The notes: generated by a model from the letters alone, not told the origin. Positions 21,901 to 35,810 are shown, counted from the first letter of the stretch. The stretch: DNA of 37,846 nucleotides from Blastocystis sp. subtype 4 (GCF_000743755.1 NW_014569474.1:1-37846); one strand, 5' to 3'. Numbers and translations are program-made.

Positions 21901-24900
21901 TGAGAATGATGTGTGTTCGCCACGAAGCACCATAGCACGCGAGCGAGACTCAGGATGCAAATAGGAGAACATAATAGGCTTCATATTCTTACTCTTATCG
22001 AAATGGAAGTCTTCAGCAGGCACAATCGATGTTGGAATCGCAGGCAACACCCACTGTTGGGATTCATCTTCTCCCTTCTCCATCACAGTGATCGTCTCAC
22101 CAGTACAATTCACCAACCAGAAATCACAATATACCTCCAGTGTAGTCACACCCAAATTACTACACACTGCCTTATAAGTCAGACGCAGCGTATGTCCTTC
22201 ACTGTCCTTCAACGACACAGACTGGGGCTTCTCCATAGGGAAGGGAATGATGGATTCTGAAGGATTACTGAATTCCTCAAACCCATCAGGACGAATTGCA
22301 ATCCGTAGTTTCACATCCTTCCTTTCTTGAGCAAGAATAGCAGCTCCGTTGAATTTGATTTCCTCTCCTTCCTTGATCGCTCCCTCGGCAATCTTCGTGT
22401 CTGCATCATACACATGGTACTCCATATTCACAGGCAGAAGATTCATAATCGACATCACAGGCACCAGAGTGAGAGTAAAGACAGAAATACAATCCTTGTT
22501 GAATGCATCATAAACTGTATCCTCCTTGATAATTGCACGAGCATACAGAGGATGTTCACTATCACCAAGATTCACACATGCAGCAAGCGCCTTGCTGGTA
22601 ATCGTATCCACAGAGATCTGTGAACCCTCATACTCTCCTACATGCAAATGAATTTCAGCAGTATGAGCATAACGGAGAGGGCAGAATTCAGCAACACGGT
22701 GCTGGAGCTCCACATCATGATGCATGTCACTGGCTGTATCCTTAAAGGAAACGAAGATTGGCTGCTCCATAAAGTTACTTACAGACACTGTGGAGGTCAA
22801 CTCAATTGTCTTACGACCATTCCGAACAGCATTGCGCAACAACGCCTGATGAAGACGACCCTCCTTATCCGTCATTGGCTGATACAACACACGCTCACGA
22901 TCCACCAGACAATGCACAGGCTCGAATCCCTCAACCTGAAGTTGAATCGAACGATCAGGGATCTTGCGATAATTCTGTTTCAAGAACAGGAGAGCCAACG
23001 AAGGATGAGCAGGCAGAGTCGTAGCAACACCACCTGCAGGCACATCTCTCCACACATTGCGATACGAGGATTCCATTCGTGTCATTTCAACAGGAGTCTC
23101 CACCTTCGTTGTCATAGTATTCACACGATCCACCAGAGAATCACGACGAGTATCATTCAGCTGCTCTACATACAACACTTTGCCGTTCTTGTTTACAGAG
23201 AAAGCAATTGGGAACACATGTCCACAGGTAGCATCACTCATCTTCACCTCATTCGCCTTCATCACAAGATTATTCTCAGCTGCATCACTGCTATCCATCA
23301 GCAGAGGGATCTGCTGATAGAGACGAATGTGAGGCACCTCACTATGGAACTCCATCCAACGGCTACGTGTATAGTATGGCTCTACGACATCCACCACATC
23401 AGCGAACAACACATGATCCTTAGCCATTTCTTCTGCAGCATGCTCATCCAGCTGCTCCATCAGCTTGTTAATACCACCATCTCTCTCAACCAAATACTTC
23501 ATGGGATAACCTGTGGTATTGTTGACACGTACGAAGAAACCATCCGTAGCCTCACGCACTCCACTAGTACAGGTCATGAAGTTTCCGAGGGTTTCTACTA
23601 AGGAAGACATCAAAGTGGCTGTGATATTCATTTGCAGCATGCGTGGCGCCACCACACTCACCTTCATCGTCTCGCTTGCCACCTCATTCTCCTGGGAATC
23701 ACGTGAAACAAAAGGATCTTTCTCCATCACATCCTTAATCTGCTTCACATGGACACCAATACCCCAGGCCTCCATAAATGGCTCCCACAGGGCCTGACTC
23801 GACTTGTAGTAGTCTGAACGGAAAGCCACATCCACATGAGCATAGAGATTCCTGCCCATAGCTGCATCCACCTTCACATGGTTTACACTAAACTGTAACA
23901 CAGGTAATTCAAATTCCAAAGCATCATTGACCAGAATGAAGGTAATCTTATCCAGAACCACATTCGCAGCAATCCGCATGACATCTTCTACTGGGGTCTC
24001 TTTCACCTCCGGCTTCACTTCCTCCTTCTTGACCTCCTTGGTCTTCTCTTTCACTTCCTCTTTCACTGTTTCTTTAACCTCCTTTTCCTCGTCCTCCTTG
24101 GGCTTAGGCAGGATATTGCCAATGGCATTCAACAATAGCTTTGCATCCAGAATGCCCAGACGAATGACCATCTCCGATCCCAAGACCTTCGCATGAATAT
24201 TCTTGATATTGTCACACACCGAAGCAGACACATTCAGACCGAACGGATAGATAGCATCACGCATGTCCGTAGGCAACAACTGAAGCATCGAATTCGAACG
24301 GCAGCCACGGGTACTGTTCACTGACACCGACACATCCACATCCATGAAAGGGGTCACATGAGCATCCACTTCAACACCCAAACAAAATAGGAATACGGGT
24401 GATGTCTTAAGAGTCGTATCTTCCACCATGTAGAGAGCCATTCGATCCATATGGAGCTTGAACACGATGTTCGGAATCAGAGCAGCAACCGTCTTCTCTT
24501 CTGGCTCAGGCTTAGATTCAGGCTCAGGCTCTTGTACCTTCTCCTTTGCCTTCAACATCGGCTTCTCTTCAACAGGAGGCTCTGGAACAGGCTCACTTGA
24601 ACCTGTAGCTTCAGCAAAGGCCTCAGAGACCTTAGTACCCACTGCCATGGCCCAGTCCAACATCACAAAGATCCAAGGTGAAGGAAGGATACTAACCTGA
24701 CCCAAGAACAAAGAAGCCTCAACATTGAACACAGGTTCATTGATATCATGATCCGCTGTCATCTTCACCTTATGCAAATCGCCCAACGTTTTTTGTTGTA
24801 GAGCAGCCAACAGTGTGAAAGCAGGCTTGTCATCTTCTCCAAGTCGCACCAATGTACGATATGATGGCATCAGAGGGGACTCTGGACGAGAATCCTTTAC

Positions 24901-27900
24901 AAAGAATGAAGCTAATGATACTGAAGCTGAGATGTCCATATTGTGATAATAGGCCTTCACTCCCAGATCCTCAATACCAACCACTGCCAGAGAACCTTCC
25001 ACTGTTCCTACCTTCTGTATCATTTCTTTCGAGCTCTCAATACCTTCATAACCACTATCACCACGGAAGAGTTCAACGATTACTCCTTCCAATAGAATGT
25101 TGGCATGAATACGGTCAGCAAAGGCTCCATTGTTCTCCTTTGGACGTTGCTCCTCAAAGGCTACGATTGTGTCCGACAGATCCAGTGAAGATGAGATACT
25201 CTCACTGCGGGGCATGAAACCCGATTCCTCCGAATCATCATCCTTGATCTCATCAAGAGCATCCATCTCAACCTTCGCCTCGTCCATCTGATCGGACAGA
25301 CGCTTGCTAGCACGAGCCACAACATTCTCCTTTGGCAACTCTTCCACCTCTGTTATAGGTTGACGAGGTTTTGTAGGAACTGCTTCCACCACAATAGCCT
25401 TCTCCGCAAGGTTCTGGGTCAACAAATGAATGAGTGTTAGCACCTGATCCTCCGAGAGAGCCAAGACAATACGAGACAGAACGAGCGAAGCTTCTACCTT
25501 CACAGCCAGAACCACGTCGATATCCAAATCGATCGAACCCATAATCGTCTGTGTACGACCCGACAACTCTGTATACAGAGACACCCCTGACACCTTCAGG
25601 GACAGCTTGTTCAGCGTGTATACAACAGACTCCTTGCGGACAATCTGCTTTTCATCCACAATCTCGAGTTCAGGATCGCTGTTACTAATTGTCACACGAC
25701 CCAGACTCATAGCAATGAGATCAGCACTGTCCGAAGCACGGGGAATACGTAGACAAGTATTTGCAATCACCACATCCACACGAGGAATCTCAGTAGGAAC
25801 CAGATCATCATTCGGATTCGGTACAATGAACTTACGCTTCAGATTCGTGGCAATACCTTGCAGACTCTCCAGAATGTGTGTATCCTCGCCCTGATCTCCA
25901 TTCGTTACAATGTACTGCATACCAATCGTGTAAGCACAGTCAACCAAATTCTCCACAATCTGAGTATTGGGCTCGGGAGCAGCTTCCACTTCAGGCAGAT
26001 TGCCACTCTTTGTTAATGGTTCCTCTGGTTCACTTAACAAGTCCAATCCATCCTTAATGGGTCCCGAACTAATGTAGTTCAAGAGCTCCTGCACAAATCG
26101 CATACGCACTGTCAACACTGGAGCACCAATAGAACACTTGGCCTCTAACGAGTAACCAGGATACTGAGCCCAACGATCATCATTGAACAGTTTCACACCC
26201 ACATCCAGGAAATCATTACTGGCACTTCCTTCCAACTGATCCGTACGACCAATCGCCACAACATCAGGATAAAGACCACAACCAGGTGTACAATCACGCA
26301 CATTCACATCATGAACATTACAGAATAGAACAATCGATGCCGCACAAATACTCACCTCTGCCGATATCTTACTCACTCCAGCACACATCACCGCACCACC
26401 CTTCTCTGTATCCAACATCACACTCGCACCATCCATATGTAGACCCAAGACAATAGTTCGACGCTCCCAATTGGCAGGAATTGGCTTGGGAGGGGCCTCT
26501 ACTAAGGCATCCGAATACTCCTTCAATTCTTTTGCCTTCTCATCAGCCTTCAACGCAGCCTTCTTGAGTAAAAGCTTGACCTTCTCCGAAGGAGCAATGA
26601 ACCGCAAGAGACTGAACACCAGGACACGACTTACAACCAAATTGACTTGGCCCAATTCCACATTCACTAGGATATCCTGTTTGCTCAACACATATACTGG
26701 AGACGAAGACATAGCCATAGTTACTTCAGCCACTAATAGAGGCTTTACAATCACATTACTAGGACATCCCTGTTCATCTATATCACATACACACATTAGC
26801 TGACGATCCCTTTCCTGAAGACGACTTGACACATTATCATTGATATGAACATCGCGTAGCGTTAGGGAAGCATAGATTGCCGCCTTCGTCACAGAAGCAG
26901 TTACGCCCAAATCATTGACACACAACGCCATAATATGTTCCGTTTCACCACCCACCATGTCATTGTTCAAACGCAACTCAAATGCCTTCATCAACACCGA
27001 TGCAGATACCAATTTCTCACGATAGTGCATTTCCTTGTCAACATGACTGTTGTATCCTTCAATACGCTGCTTCAGACGCCAGAAGGCAAATCCAACAAAT
27101 CCAACCAGAGCAACTAGAATGAGTAGACATTGAAGGAAGTTGTGGAATAGCATGTAGGGAATGGTGAAGAGGAGTAACATGAAACACACAAAAGGAGTAT
27201 AGGAGGTAAGTAGATAGTCAGCTGCACAACAGGCAAATGAAACGACTCCAAATGCATAATGAGGCGTTCCTGGTTCTTTGATCTCTTCTTCCTCTTTTTC
27301 CTTCTCTTCCTCCTTCTCCACAACAGGAGTAGGAGCCGGTTGGCTAGGTGGAAGCGAAGCCAGAAAATCATCGAGGAAACAGGCGATATTCTCATATTGG
27401 GACTTCTCGATCTCTAAATCGATCTTGTCCAGTTCCACATTCACACGCAGCATAGGAGATGGGGTCTTCATCAACTCCCAATAACATTCAGCCAATTCTC
27501 GTGCTCGCAACCCCATGACCACCTTATAGTCCTCATCCTCCTCTCGTAATGTATTGCGAAGAGATAGAGCAAAATCATTGCGAGACTTCTTGAGGTCCTC
27601 CTCCTTGAGCTGATGGAGACGGTCCAGAATTAGTGCATCCACAGGATCTGCTTCATTCACCTTCATTGTTTCACACATCTGCTTCATACACTCCTCTGAA
27701 GACCTTTTTCTATCTTCGATCTTACGCAGATCTCCTTGAATCGTAACATGCAAATGGAGATCATCTAAAAGACGATCATCAGGATTATAGACAATAGGAC
27801 TCTTGGGAGTATCCACCAAGGGTTGCATATCCCTAAAGAAAGAACGCATACCAGATAAACAGAGATCCTCTGGTGCCTGTGCTAAAAGGGCACTTGTATT

Positions 27901-28599
27901 CAGACACCAATACACAACGAGACCATTCATATCAAAGTTCTTACGAATGTCTGAAGAAGAACACGACTCCTTGGCTTCCATCGTATCAAACACAATACTA
28001 TCAAGAGCGATACCCAACGAAAACAAAGGAATTGGGGACGACGGGTTGCCCTCCAAACGAATATGTAAACGACGAAGGATAAACTTAAAGTTGTTCACTA
28101 GAATGGAAGCAAGATCGAAAGCACCTGAGAAGTCAGTTACGGCATCAGGATCAGACTTCTTTGGCTTCTTCTCAGCTTTCACTTCTTCTTTTGCCGGAGC
28201 TTCCACTTTTTCAATTACTTCTTTCTGTTCCTCTTGAGTAATAGCACTAGGTTCCGAGTCCAGTGGAGTCATCAATACATAAACATCATCTACTTCTACA
28301 GAGATAGGATCACGATTTAACGAAAGCCAAGGGAACTAGATAATAACCACGTTTTCAAATATACCTTTATCACAAGACTGCCAACAAAGACTTCCTTAAT
28401 AGATAGAGGGAGGTTAAGGGAATCCATAAAAGCAGTGTTCACACTCTATAATATGAGTCTCAACCAATCAGTAACATACCACATTGCGGAGGGTGACTTC
28501 ACCTTTCAAGATAGAGAGGGACAAATCACTTGGATCTAGACCTTTGATGTAAGTGGACAGAAACTTATTGGCTAGAGAGACAATGGCACTTTCCATCAT
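18931..28599 (-). CDS. VPS13: VPS13-family bridge-like lipid transfer protein (~3,200 aa) with C-terminal PX domain
   Basis: Chorein_N start (MMESAIVSLANKFLSTYIKGLDPSDLSLSILKGEVTLRNV, then PWLSL...PISVEVDDVYVL) over two short introns. Also WEPFMEAW, VAB-type repeats, VPS13_C (GSFNLIGNPV...GVKAFFTEP.QG) and ATG2_C-like (GLGKGLVGVVAKPVTGAID, LRSPR), then PH-like and PX-like segments. Confidence 0.93.
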
Positions 28600-28625
28600 T
28601 TTCACTTCTATAAGAAAGAATACTA

Positions 28626-29615
28626 TTATTCATCATAAACCTCGAATCCTGAAGAGCGAAAAAACCGCGGATCTATAAGACAAGGGAACACGAAATTGAA
28701 TACGGCCCCCATGGAAATTGAAAATAGAATCTTCTATTCTTTATTGGTGTTCCATATGAAGGATTCACAGTGAACTGATGTCCCTTTCCTAGCTGCATGT
28801 ATCCCCTTTGTAAATGGAACATAACTGTGCTTATCAGTATCATGATAAGTCTGATACGGCGAAAACATATTCCTCAACCTTCTTTTCTAAATTCCTATTA
28901 GTTGGAAAGAACTATTTCTTTTTTCCAGTCGATTTGCTTTTCTCACAGTGTCAGACACGAGTGTCAATTTGACACTGCCTCCAATTCGTTGTTTGGATAG
29001 AAACAAGTCAATTGAGATTAAATAATCGCGCTACAAAGTGGATCATTCACGAAAAGAGGGAAACTATTTTCGTTTCCAGCCTGTTGACTTTTCCTGAGAT
29101 TCTCTTCTTCGACATCATTTATCAACTGATTAACACGATAGAGAGTTGTATGGGGAAGTCCGAGCCATTCCTCAAAATCAGTCCATGCGGGACTCTCCAC
29201 GACACTGGAAGGAAGGTGGTTCTCTTCAACGATTCTAGCAATTTTCTTGTGATATGTAGCCAGCATTTCTCCTTGCCTCATAAACTCTTCAACAGCCTAT
29301 ATCACAAACCAACGCAGAAGAATACACTCCAGACTTTCCGCTGAGGTGAAGACGCTTCCTGCTTCTTCATTGCTTCAATATGAACATTGGATGTTGTATG
29401 ATACAAGAACTTCGAAACCCCTCCAGAGATCTTTCTTCCACAACCCCTACACATTTACCCAGAAGAATATACACGAACAGACATTTGATCTTTTTCGTAT
29501 CACTGTCGTATTCAATAACACCCTTCTTTACCAAATCGGCAGTACGATGGTATCTCCTCAGTCTCTCTGTATCATTATGTATTAATAGAAAAAAACTACC
29601 TGGGACATAATCCAT
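28626..29615 (-). CDS. Hypothetical multi-exon protein; 3' exons tentative
   Basis: ATG at 29615. ORF pieces 29367-29615 and 29018-29281 plus further short exons can be joined through 26-34-nt GT-AG introns to a TAA at 28628-28626. No family recognised. Confidence 0.5.
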
Positions 29616-29738
29616 CCTCTATTTCTGAAGATAACAGATCAAACAAAACAATTGTAATTTCCCGTGAACTCTATAATTCCTATCTGCAAGTGCGTTGTTT
29701 CTTGGAATAATCCTCGGATTTATGTACCAAAAAATTTA

Positions 29739-29746
29739 AACAAACA
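29739..29746 (-). terminator. TGTTTGTT polyadenylation-associated motif (USP gene)
   Basis: Exact motif 23 nt after the predicted TGA at 29772-29770. Confidence 0.7.
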
Positions 29747-29769
29747 TAAAACATATACTCAACCTATTA

Positions 29770-32700
29770 TCATTCATTGGAAACAATATCCGCTAACCGC
29801 GTCTTCCAACTCTGATTCTTTTTCTTCAATAAGAATGGAGCAGTCCCTACCTCCAAGAGGATCTGGTTATTTCGTTCCTCAATCTATATTCAAGACCGAT
29901 TTCAACTCCTACCAGTTCAACACACTTCGGGTCATATTCATCTAAAGATGGTCCCTCTCGATGATATCCAGGAATTGAAGTAGAGGGAGTCAGCGACGTC
30001 GTGCGACAGTAAACAACACAGTAAGGACATGTCCCATAATCTGATAGTTCCGTCAGAATCTCCTTCCATTCTCTCGGATACACCATATCATCGTTAAATA
30101 AGTTCCACTGATTCATTTTGTTGTCGATTTTCACGTTATCTCCATCATCTGAATGTCTGCAGTACACAATATAGTGTCCACTATCAAACGAAGCTCCAAC
30201 ATGAACTACAATTGCATATAATGTATACATTTCCTAGAGATGACTTTTATGAATCGTCGTTACTGTGCCAATCGTAAGTGACGGATTTACACTCACAAAA
30301 CTGCAATCCTTTTGGAGTTCGTATGTCTTCTCATCAAAGTAAGTACGCGAAATGTTAAAACGAAGATATGTAGGATATTCCGTGAATTCACAGCGTCGAC
30401 AAACCGATGTGTTACAATTAGCACACTGCCTGGCTCTTCGATCTTCTGCTGTCAAACCCAGAGAGGAAAGACCCATAGATTCAATTGAGAGAACTGTTAC
30501 ATCTGGGAGATACAAAGACGAATGAATGACAAGTGGAGAATAATGAAGTACAAGACAAGGGACGGTGGAACGTCGGTTCTTCTGATCCTACGGATCACAT
30601 CCAATAGAAGTACTCACCGTCACATACTCCCCATACCATTCCAACAAAAATGTCTGATCGTGTTCTAGTTTCATCAACACGCCTGTAGAACTGGAACATT
30701 TTGGAACAAAAACGGTCATCTGGGATCCTGCATTATGAAGGTACTTAAATTCCAATGTCAAAGGATATCAATGAGCACAAAACCTTCTGCTGACACTGAC
30801 TTGGTATTGGTAAACGTAATTACTTGATGTGTACAATCCTCCATCATCGTCGAGAGACTAATCTGAATCAAATGGTCATCACATCTACATTCAATTCCAT
30901 TATTAACTTCTACTGATATATGTATTCTTTGACATTTGCCATCTTGGTATTTTCCATTTCCGACTCAACCACTAGAGTATACCATTTCTCATTCACTTGG
31001 ATTGATTTCAAACAACCATCGACTGTCACACATGGATACGATACAATTCCAAATGACTCGTCAAAGACGAGGGCATACTCCAAAAAGAGGATCATGGTTC
31101 CTGTTATCAATACCTTATTCTTATCTATCAGCTGGAAAAACGATGATAAACAGGTATTCATTTCTTTCTGTACTGTCCAAGTACCCATCAATGTATCATT
31201 GACAAAAACACCATAATGATCCAGTTCATCTTCATCATGTACTGTAACGGAATTATCATCAGGAGTTGTATCACAATAGAAGAGTGGATATACCCCTGTC
31301 ATCGAGGAAAGGAGAATTGGCTTTTCAGGTTCCTTCGAGTTCACTACTGAGAACAGGGATGAAATGGATTGTAGATAATCGGCTGATGACGACAATTCTG
31401 AAGGAAGCAACTGTGTAGCTGGAGGAAGAGACCCGATGTGCTGAAGAGAGAAAACAGCATCAGTTGGGCATGACTCATGATGGGAGTCATTCAAAGCACG
31501 ACTTTCCTTATAAGTAACCACTTTCTGATACATTTCCTATCAATGAATCATCTCTACTAGTCCCACATAGCCAATATCCTCAATAGTAAACGACCCTACA
31601 CATTTGAAGTCACCATTGTTGGTCTGAAAGATTTGAGGCATATTAGGAAGGACCTCTCGTACTAAGACATCCACAACAAGTTGATTCTTTCCCGTTCCGA
31701 CAAATGTATCATTCAAAGCCTCACAACCATCCGAAAAGATCTCATACGAAAGATAGGACGAACTGTAGGAATGGAATGATGGAATCCGATTCGCTGACAT
31801 CTTTTCTTTGGATCATTCATAACCACGATTCTTACTGCGTTCCTTAGATAACGTCAGAGAAGAAAAAGCAGGCTTGTTTGGATTGCGTTCCACTGCCATA
31901 AATACTCCCTTCTTATGATATTCACATATTAAGATAAAGGTGGTGAAGGGTCTTTCTAGTTCTATCTACAGCTAAAGGTTCATTCTCATGATCACATTGT
32001 AATCATAACTCTCAAACTGAATGTTGGTTACAGGATAAAGGGGTGATGTCAGCGTGATGTAGCTTGTTTGAATTGGGAGTGGGGAAGAACTTGTCTTATC
32101 ACATAACTCTCCGCAGAAACAACTGATTCGTTCTTGCTGTTTCCCTTCAAACAATAGGAAAGGGTTGCGAATAGTGCATGTTCCTACCGATTTCTTCATT
32201 GCCTCGTAGCAGCTGTCTACAGCAGAAAGGAGATAGTCTGTAAACTCGCTCATGTCCTACAACTCATACCCAATTAATGTGAATACGTGCTGATACCCCA
32301 AATCAAAACGTTTCTGGAGAACCAACATGAGGTTATTGAACTCAGCAGCCCGAATTGACACCTGAAGTCGAGTAAGCATCAGAATCAATGACTGTGTACA
32401 AATGAAGTTCTCGTTGTCTTGGGGAAGCTTCCTCTCGATGTACTCATGATAGAAACGGAATAAGGATCGTTTGAAGGAATCTGAGTGGAAGAGCATTTGT
32501 AATGCACTATTCTGGAAGCAGGTATTGTTGTGGTTGATCAGACCACTGCTGTTACACCCGAACTTCGCAAGACGATTGTTGGTGAAACACGACATCTCCG
32601 ACTCTCTACGAGCCTTTACTCGTTTCACTGTACAAGTCATGCCACGATTTACAGCCACAAAACAATGACTAGGCATAGATTCGCATAATTCCATATAGAA

Positions 32701-35700
32701 CAATAGCGAATGGTCCTGGTTCCAAGCAAAAACTCCATAGTTCCGACTTGTTTCGTCCAACATAAAGGTATACCCGTTCATCTCATAGAGGGTTGGGTTG
32801 CCTAAGACTGGATCTGTACTGCCATAGGAAATATGATCCTGATATGTCACACGACAAGGAGCTGTATTGAACTGTGTTTGCGGTGACATCATAGCAACCT
32901 GATAGAGAGTTGTATCGGATGAAGGGACTAAAATAAAAGATGTCTGTTCAGCTGCAGAAGCCACTTCATATCGTGATATGGTCACAAAAGACCCAGCAAA
33001 ACCCGAAAGAACGAATGCCTGGGGTTGGCACATAACAAAAGGAAGCAATAGCTTCGACTTCGCAAAGAGTAGCTTTTCGTCAGCTCGAATAACGATATAA
33101 TCCCCAACAGTCGCCACTTGTAAGGAAAGTTCGTTCTGTAATTGTACTTCTTCAGCTGCACTCACATCCAAGCAATGAATCTCGCTAACCGATGGAGAGA
33201 TATCGATATCACGTTCCCCAGTCACACATCGCTCACGTGATGTTAGACGGACATAACGCACAAAAGCAGACCCATTAGGACCACGGTTCAGAAGAATACA
33301 AGCTATGGATGATTGGATGTAGAAAGGGATGTCAATTTGAACCGGATCCAGAGAACCAGTATTACAGTACTGCATCAGCAGTTTAGCAACAGCTGTTAGC
33401 AAGCGATGTTTGGGAAGCGCCGTTGTACACACCCACCACATACAGAAACCTGGTTGAGTCGATGGCCACGAGAGATTGAATTCCACGGCCAGCTTTTGGG
33501 CATACAAGGCACTCTTCCAATACAATAGACCCAAGCGAGCTCCTCGGCCGAACTGGACTTGTGAAGAAGTCCAATCAACATACTGATCGAAACAACATGT
33601 CTCGTTAAAGTAGCTGAATTCAGAGATCACATAGCTCGTATGATGATACTCCATCCGTTGATCCATATGCATGAATGATAACCAAGGGTGGTTCTTCTCT
33701 CCTGAGGTTTCTAGCGATAAGACACATCGAGGCACAGATGTCCGTTCTTCAGAGAGAGAATATAGTCCACACTCCGGTCCTATGTGGCATCCAATCATGG
33801 AAAAAGCTGCAGCTGTTGTGGGAATTGAGCCCCAATTCTGTTTATCGAGTATATGGTAGACATACACACCCAGAATACCAAGTGGGATTCCATGCTCCGC
33901 CGATTGCGGTTCATTCACAACCGAAACTCGAGTGATATGAGTATCGTCTGCAGACTCATTCAATCGAAGCTTAATGATATCATTATGTACTTCAAGCATC
34001 ACCAGCTGTGAGTCAACCACTACGTAACGAATATTCAGGATCAGATGCAGATCTATCTCCACCTCAAAACAGAGATCCATAACAGAGGAGTAGTTATTAT
34101 CCCAATGACTAAGGACCTTTAAAGATCGAACCCGATCAGAATTAGCCTGGATACGTAAACGATTCGGAGAACCTCCCAAATTGGTTATAGTAAGAACGTC
34201 TGATCGCAAAATAACTGTAGGTGTCTTCAAATCATGAGGGAGGATGTACGACACATAGATTCCATTGAACGAATTCCATACCGGAGAGTAGATAGGAGTC
34301 AGTGTGTATTTTGGATACAGATGGAAGACAGGTTCTGCAGATATACTCATATTAGGCTTTAGAAGATTGCATGGAGTAGCCTTTGCAATTGGATAACGAA
34401 GATACAGACTCGGACTCATCTACAAATGTATTTCCTTAAGAATACTATACAGGATCAGCTGATTGTGTCATATAGTAGGAATTCACAAAGAGAGAAGGGT
34501 ACACATATTTCAATTTGGTAAAACCTTCATTCTTGACATTGTCAGGAATTGCTTCGCCACAAACGCTACATCCTGTCCTTGAAGTATTCCTAGCTGAACA
34601 TTTAGGACATGTCCAGAACAGCACCTGTTGACTAGACTCAAAAACACAAATTGCCATGTTTTCAGCCTTTGAGAGGTGGACTGCTTCCGAAAAGAAAGTA
34701 TTAGATCGATCAGTTGTTACTGAAAATCGCTCACCCCAACATATCTCAGAGGATAAAGGAGCTCCACGAACTTTCGATACCCAAAGTGGATTCCAGTAAT
34801 CTCCATTCATCACAATGGTGTCATCGTCTTCACTGAAGTACTCTCCATTGGGTGGGTTCTCAGGAAGAAAGGCGAGACCCCAACAATGGAGAAAGCGGTT
34901 CCTGACAGTAGCAGCAATCTCACTCTCCTGATATGCTACGGAAAAATAGGAAAGAGCACTATGGAGATGGAGGTCTGGATACATATAGCAAAGACACTGA
35001 TACAGATGAACATAACTTGACTGAACAGATACCTTTTTGATGGGCCTATGATAAACTCCTAATGGGAAGAATACTCAATAACATCCTTGAAATTGATCAG
35101 TTCTGGTTTAATCTCTTGCAAAACCTGTCGTGGGAGTGGATACGATAAAAGCAGGATTTCTAACAATCTTAAAACATCCTTTTGGGTGACAGCCTCAGCA
35201 GTAAACCCTCTGATGATGATGAGATCCAAGAAAACTCACAGATACCTCAAATACACAGGTAGAAAACCGCTACTAAGTGCAGTAAACAGATACACATTTC
35301 GGAAGTAAATTACGCGATCCAGAACGTTTGACAATTCGGAAGCAAATGAATCGAGTTCATACACATCCGATCTATTTCTTAACCAGTATACAAAATCTAT
35401 AACGTAAGTAACTCTTCAATAATCCTCTGTACTGTCGATATCGTCGGTTGCAGTGGCTATTACATCTCGTAAGTCTCTTTTCCTTTCTTCTGCTTTTTTA
35501 CTTCTCGAAACTTGAATCAAAGTCACAAAGTACACCCATGTCGATCCCTTCCAGTTGCTGTGTTCCTTCAAGTCCACATTGGTTTGCATTGTCGATACAA
35601 CGTAATATGCTGATTGGTGTGGCAATTGAAGGATTCTGGATCACTACCAAGTTACTGATATAACTGAGCAAGTAGAAGGTAATTGCGAAGAAATAATGGA

Positions 35701-35810
35701 TACTCCAATATAGATAGAATTAATTCATTTGTAATACTCTATGGATTCATAATGTGAAATAGAATTATTAGGGTGGAATCCATTAATTCACAGAAATTAA
35801 TAGATTCATC
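29770..35810 (-). CDS. Large ubiquitin-specific protease (C19), USP35/38-like, with a RanBP2-type zinc finger; start approximate
   Basis: Cys box GLINHNNTCFQNSALQMLF (~32545-32490), GYQH|DMSEF across an intron, His box YAIVVHVGASFDSGHY and WNLFNDD (~30220-30085). WTCPKC-X9-CSVCG at ~34615-34555. ORF pieces are linked by ~30-nt introns. Confidence 0.82.

Noticed and set aside
22642..23601. 319-aa plus-strand ORF, and many smaller plus-strand ORFs across 19882-28237
   Set aside because: Antisense shadows of the VPS13 exon with no recognisable protein features.
28946..28977. Nested inverted repeat CAGTGTCA-GACACGAGTGTC-AATT-TGACACTG
   Set aside because: Stems are only 8 bp, it is a single copy with no target-site duplication, and it falls in an open minus-strand exon. 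Compatible with chance.
30741..30768. Apparent U12-type AT-AC intron (minus strand ATATCCTTT...GTAC, 28 nt) in the USP gene
   Set aside because: Removing it gives an immediate in-frame stop. An overlapping 35-nt GT-AG intron keeps the frame.
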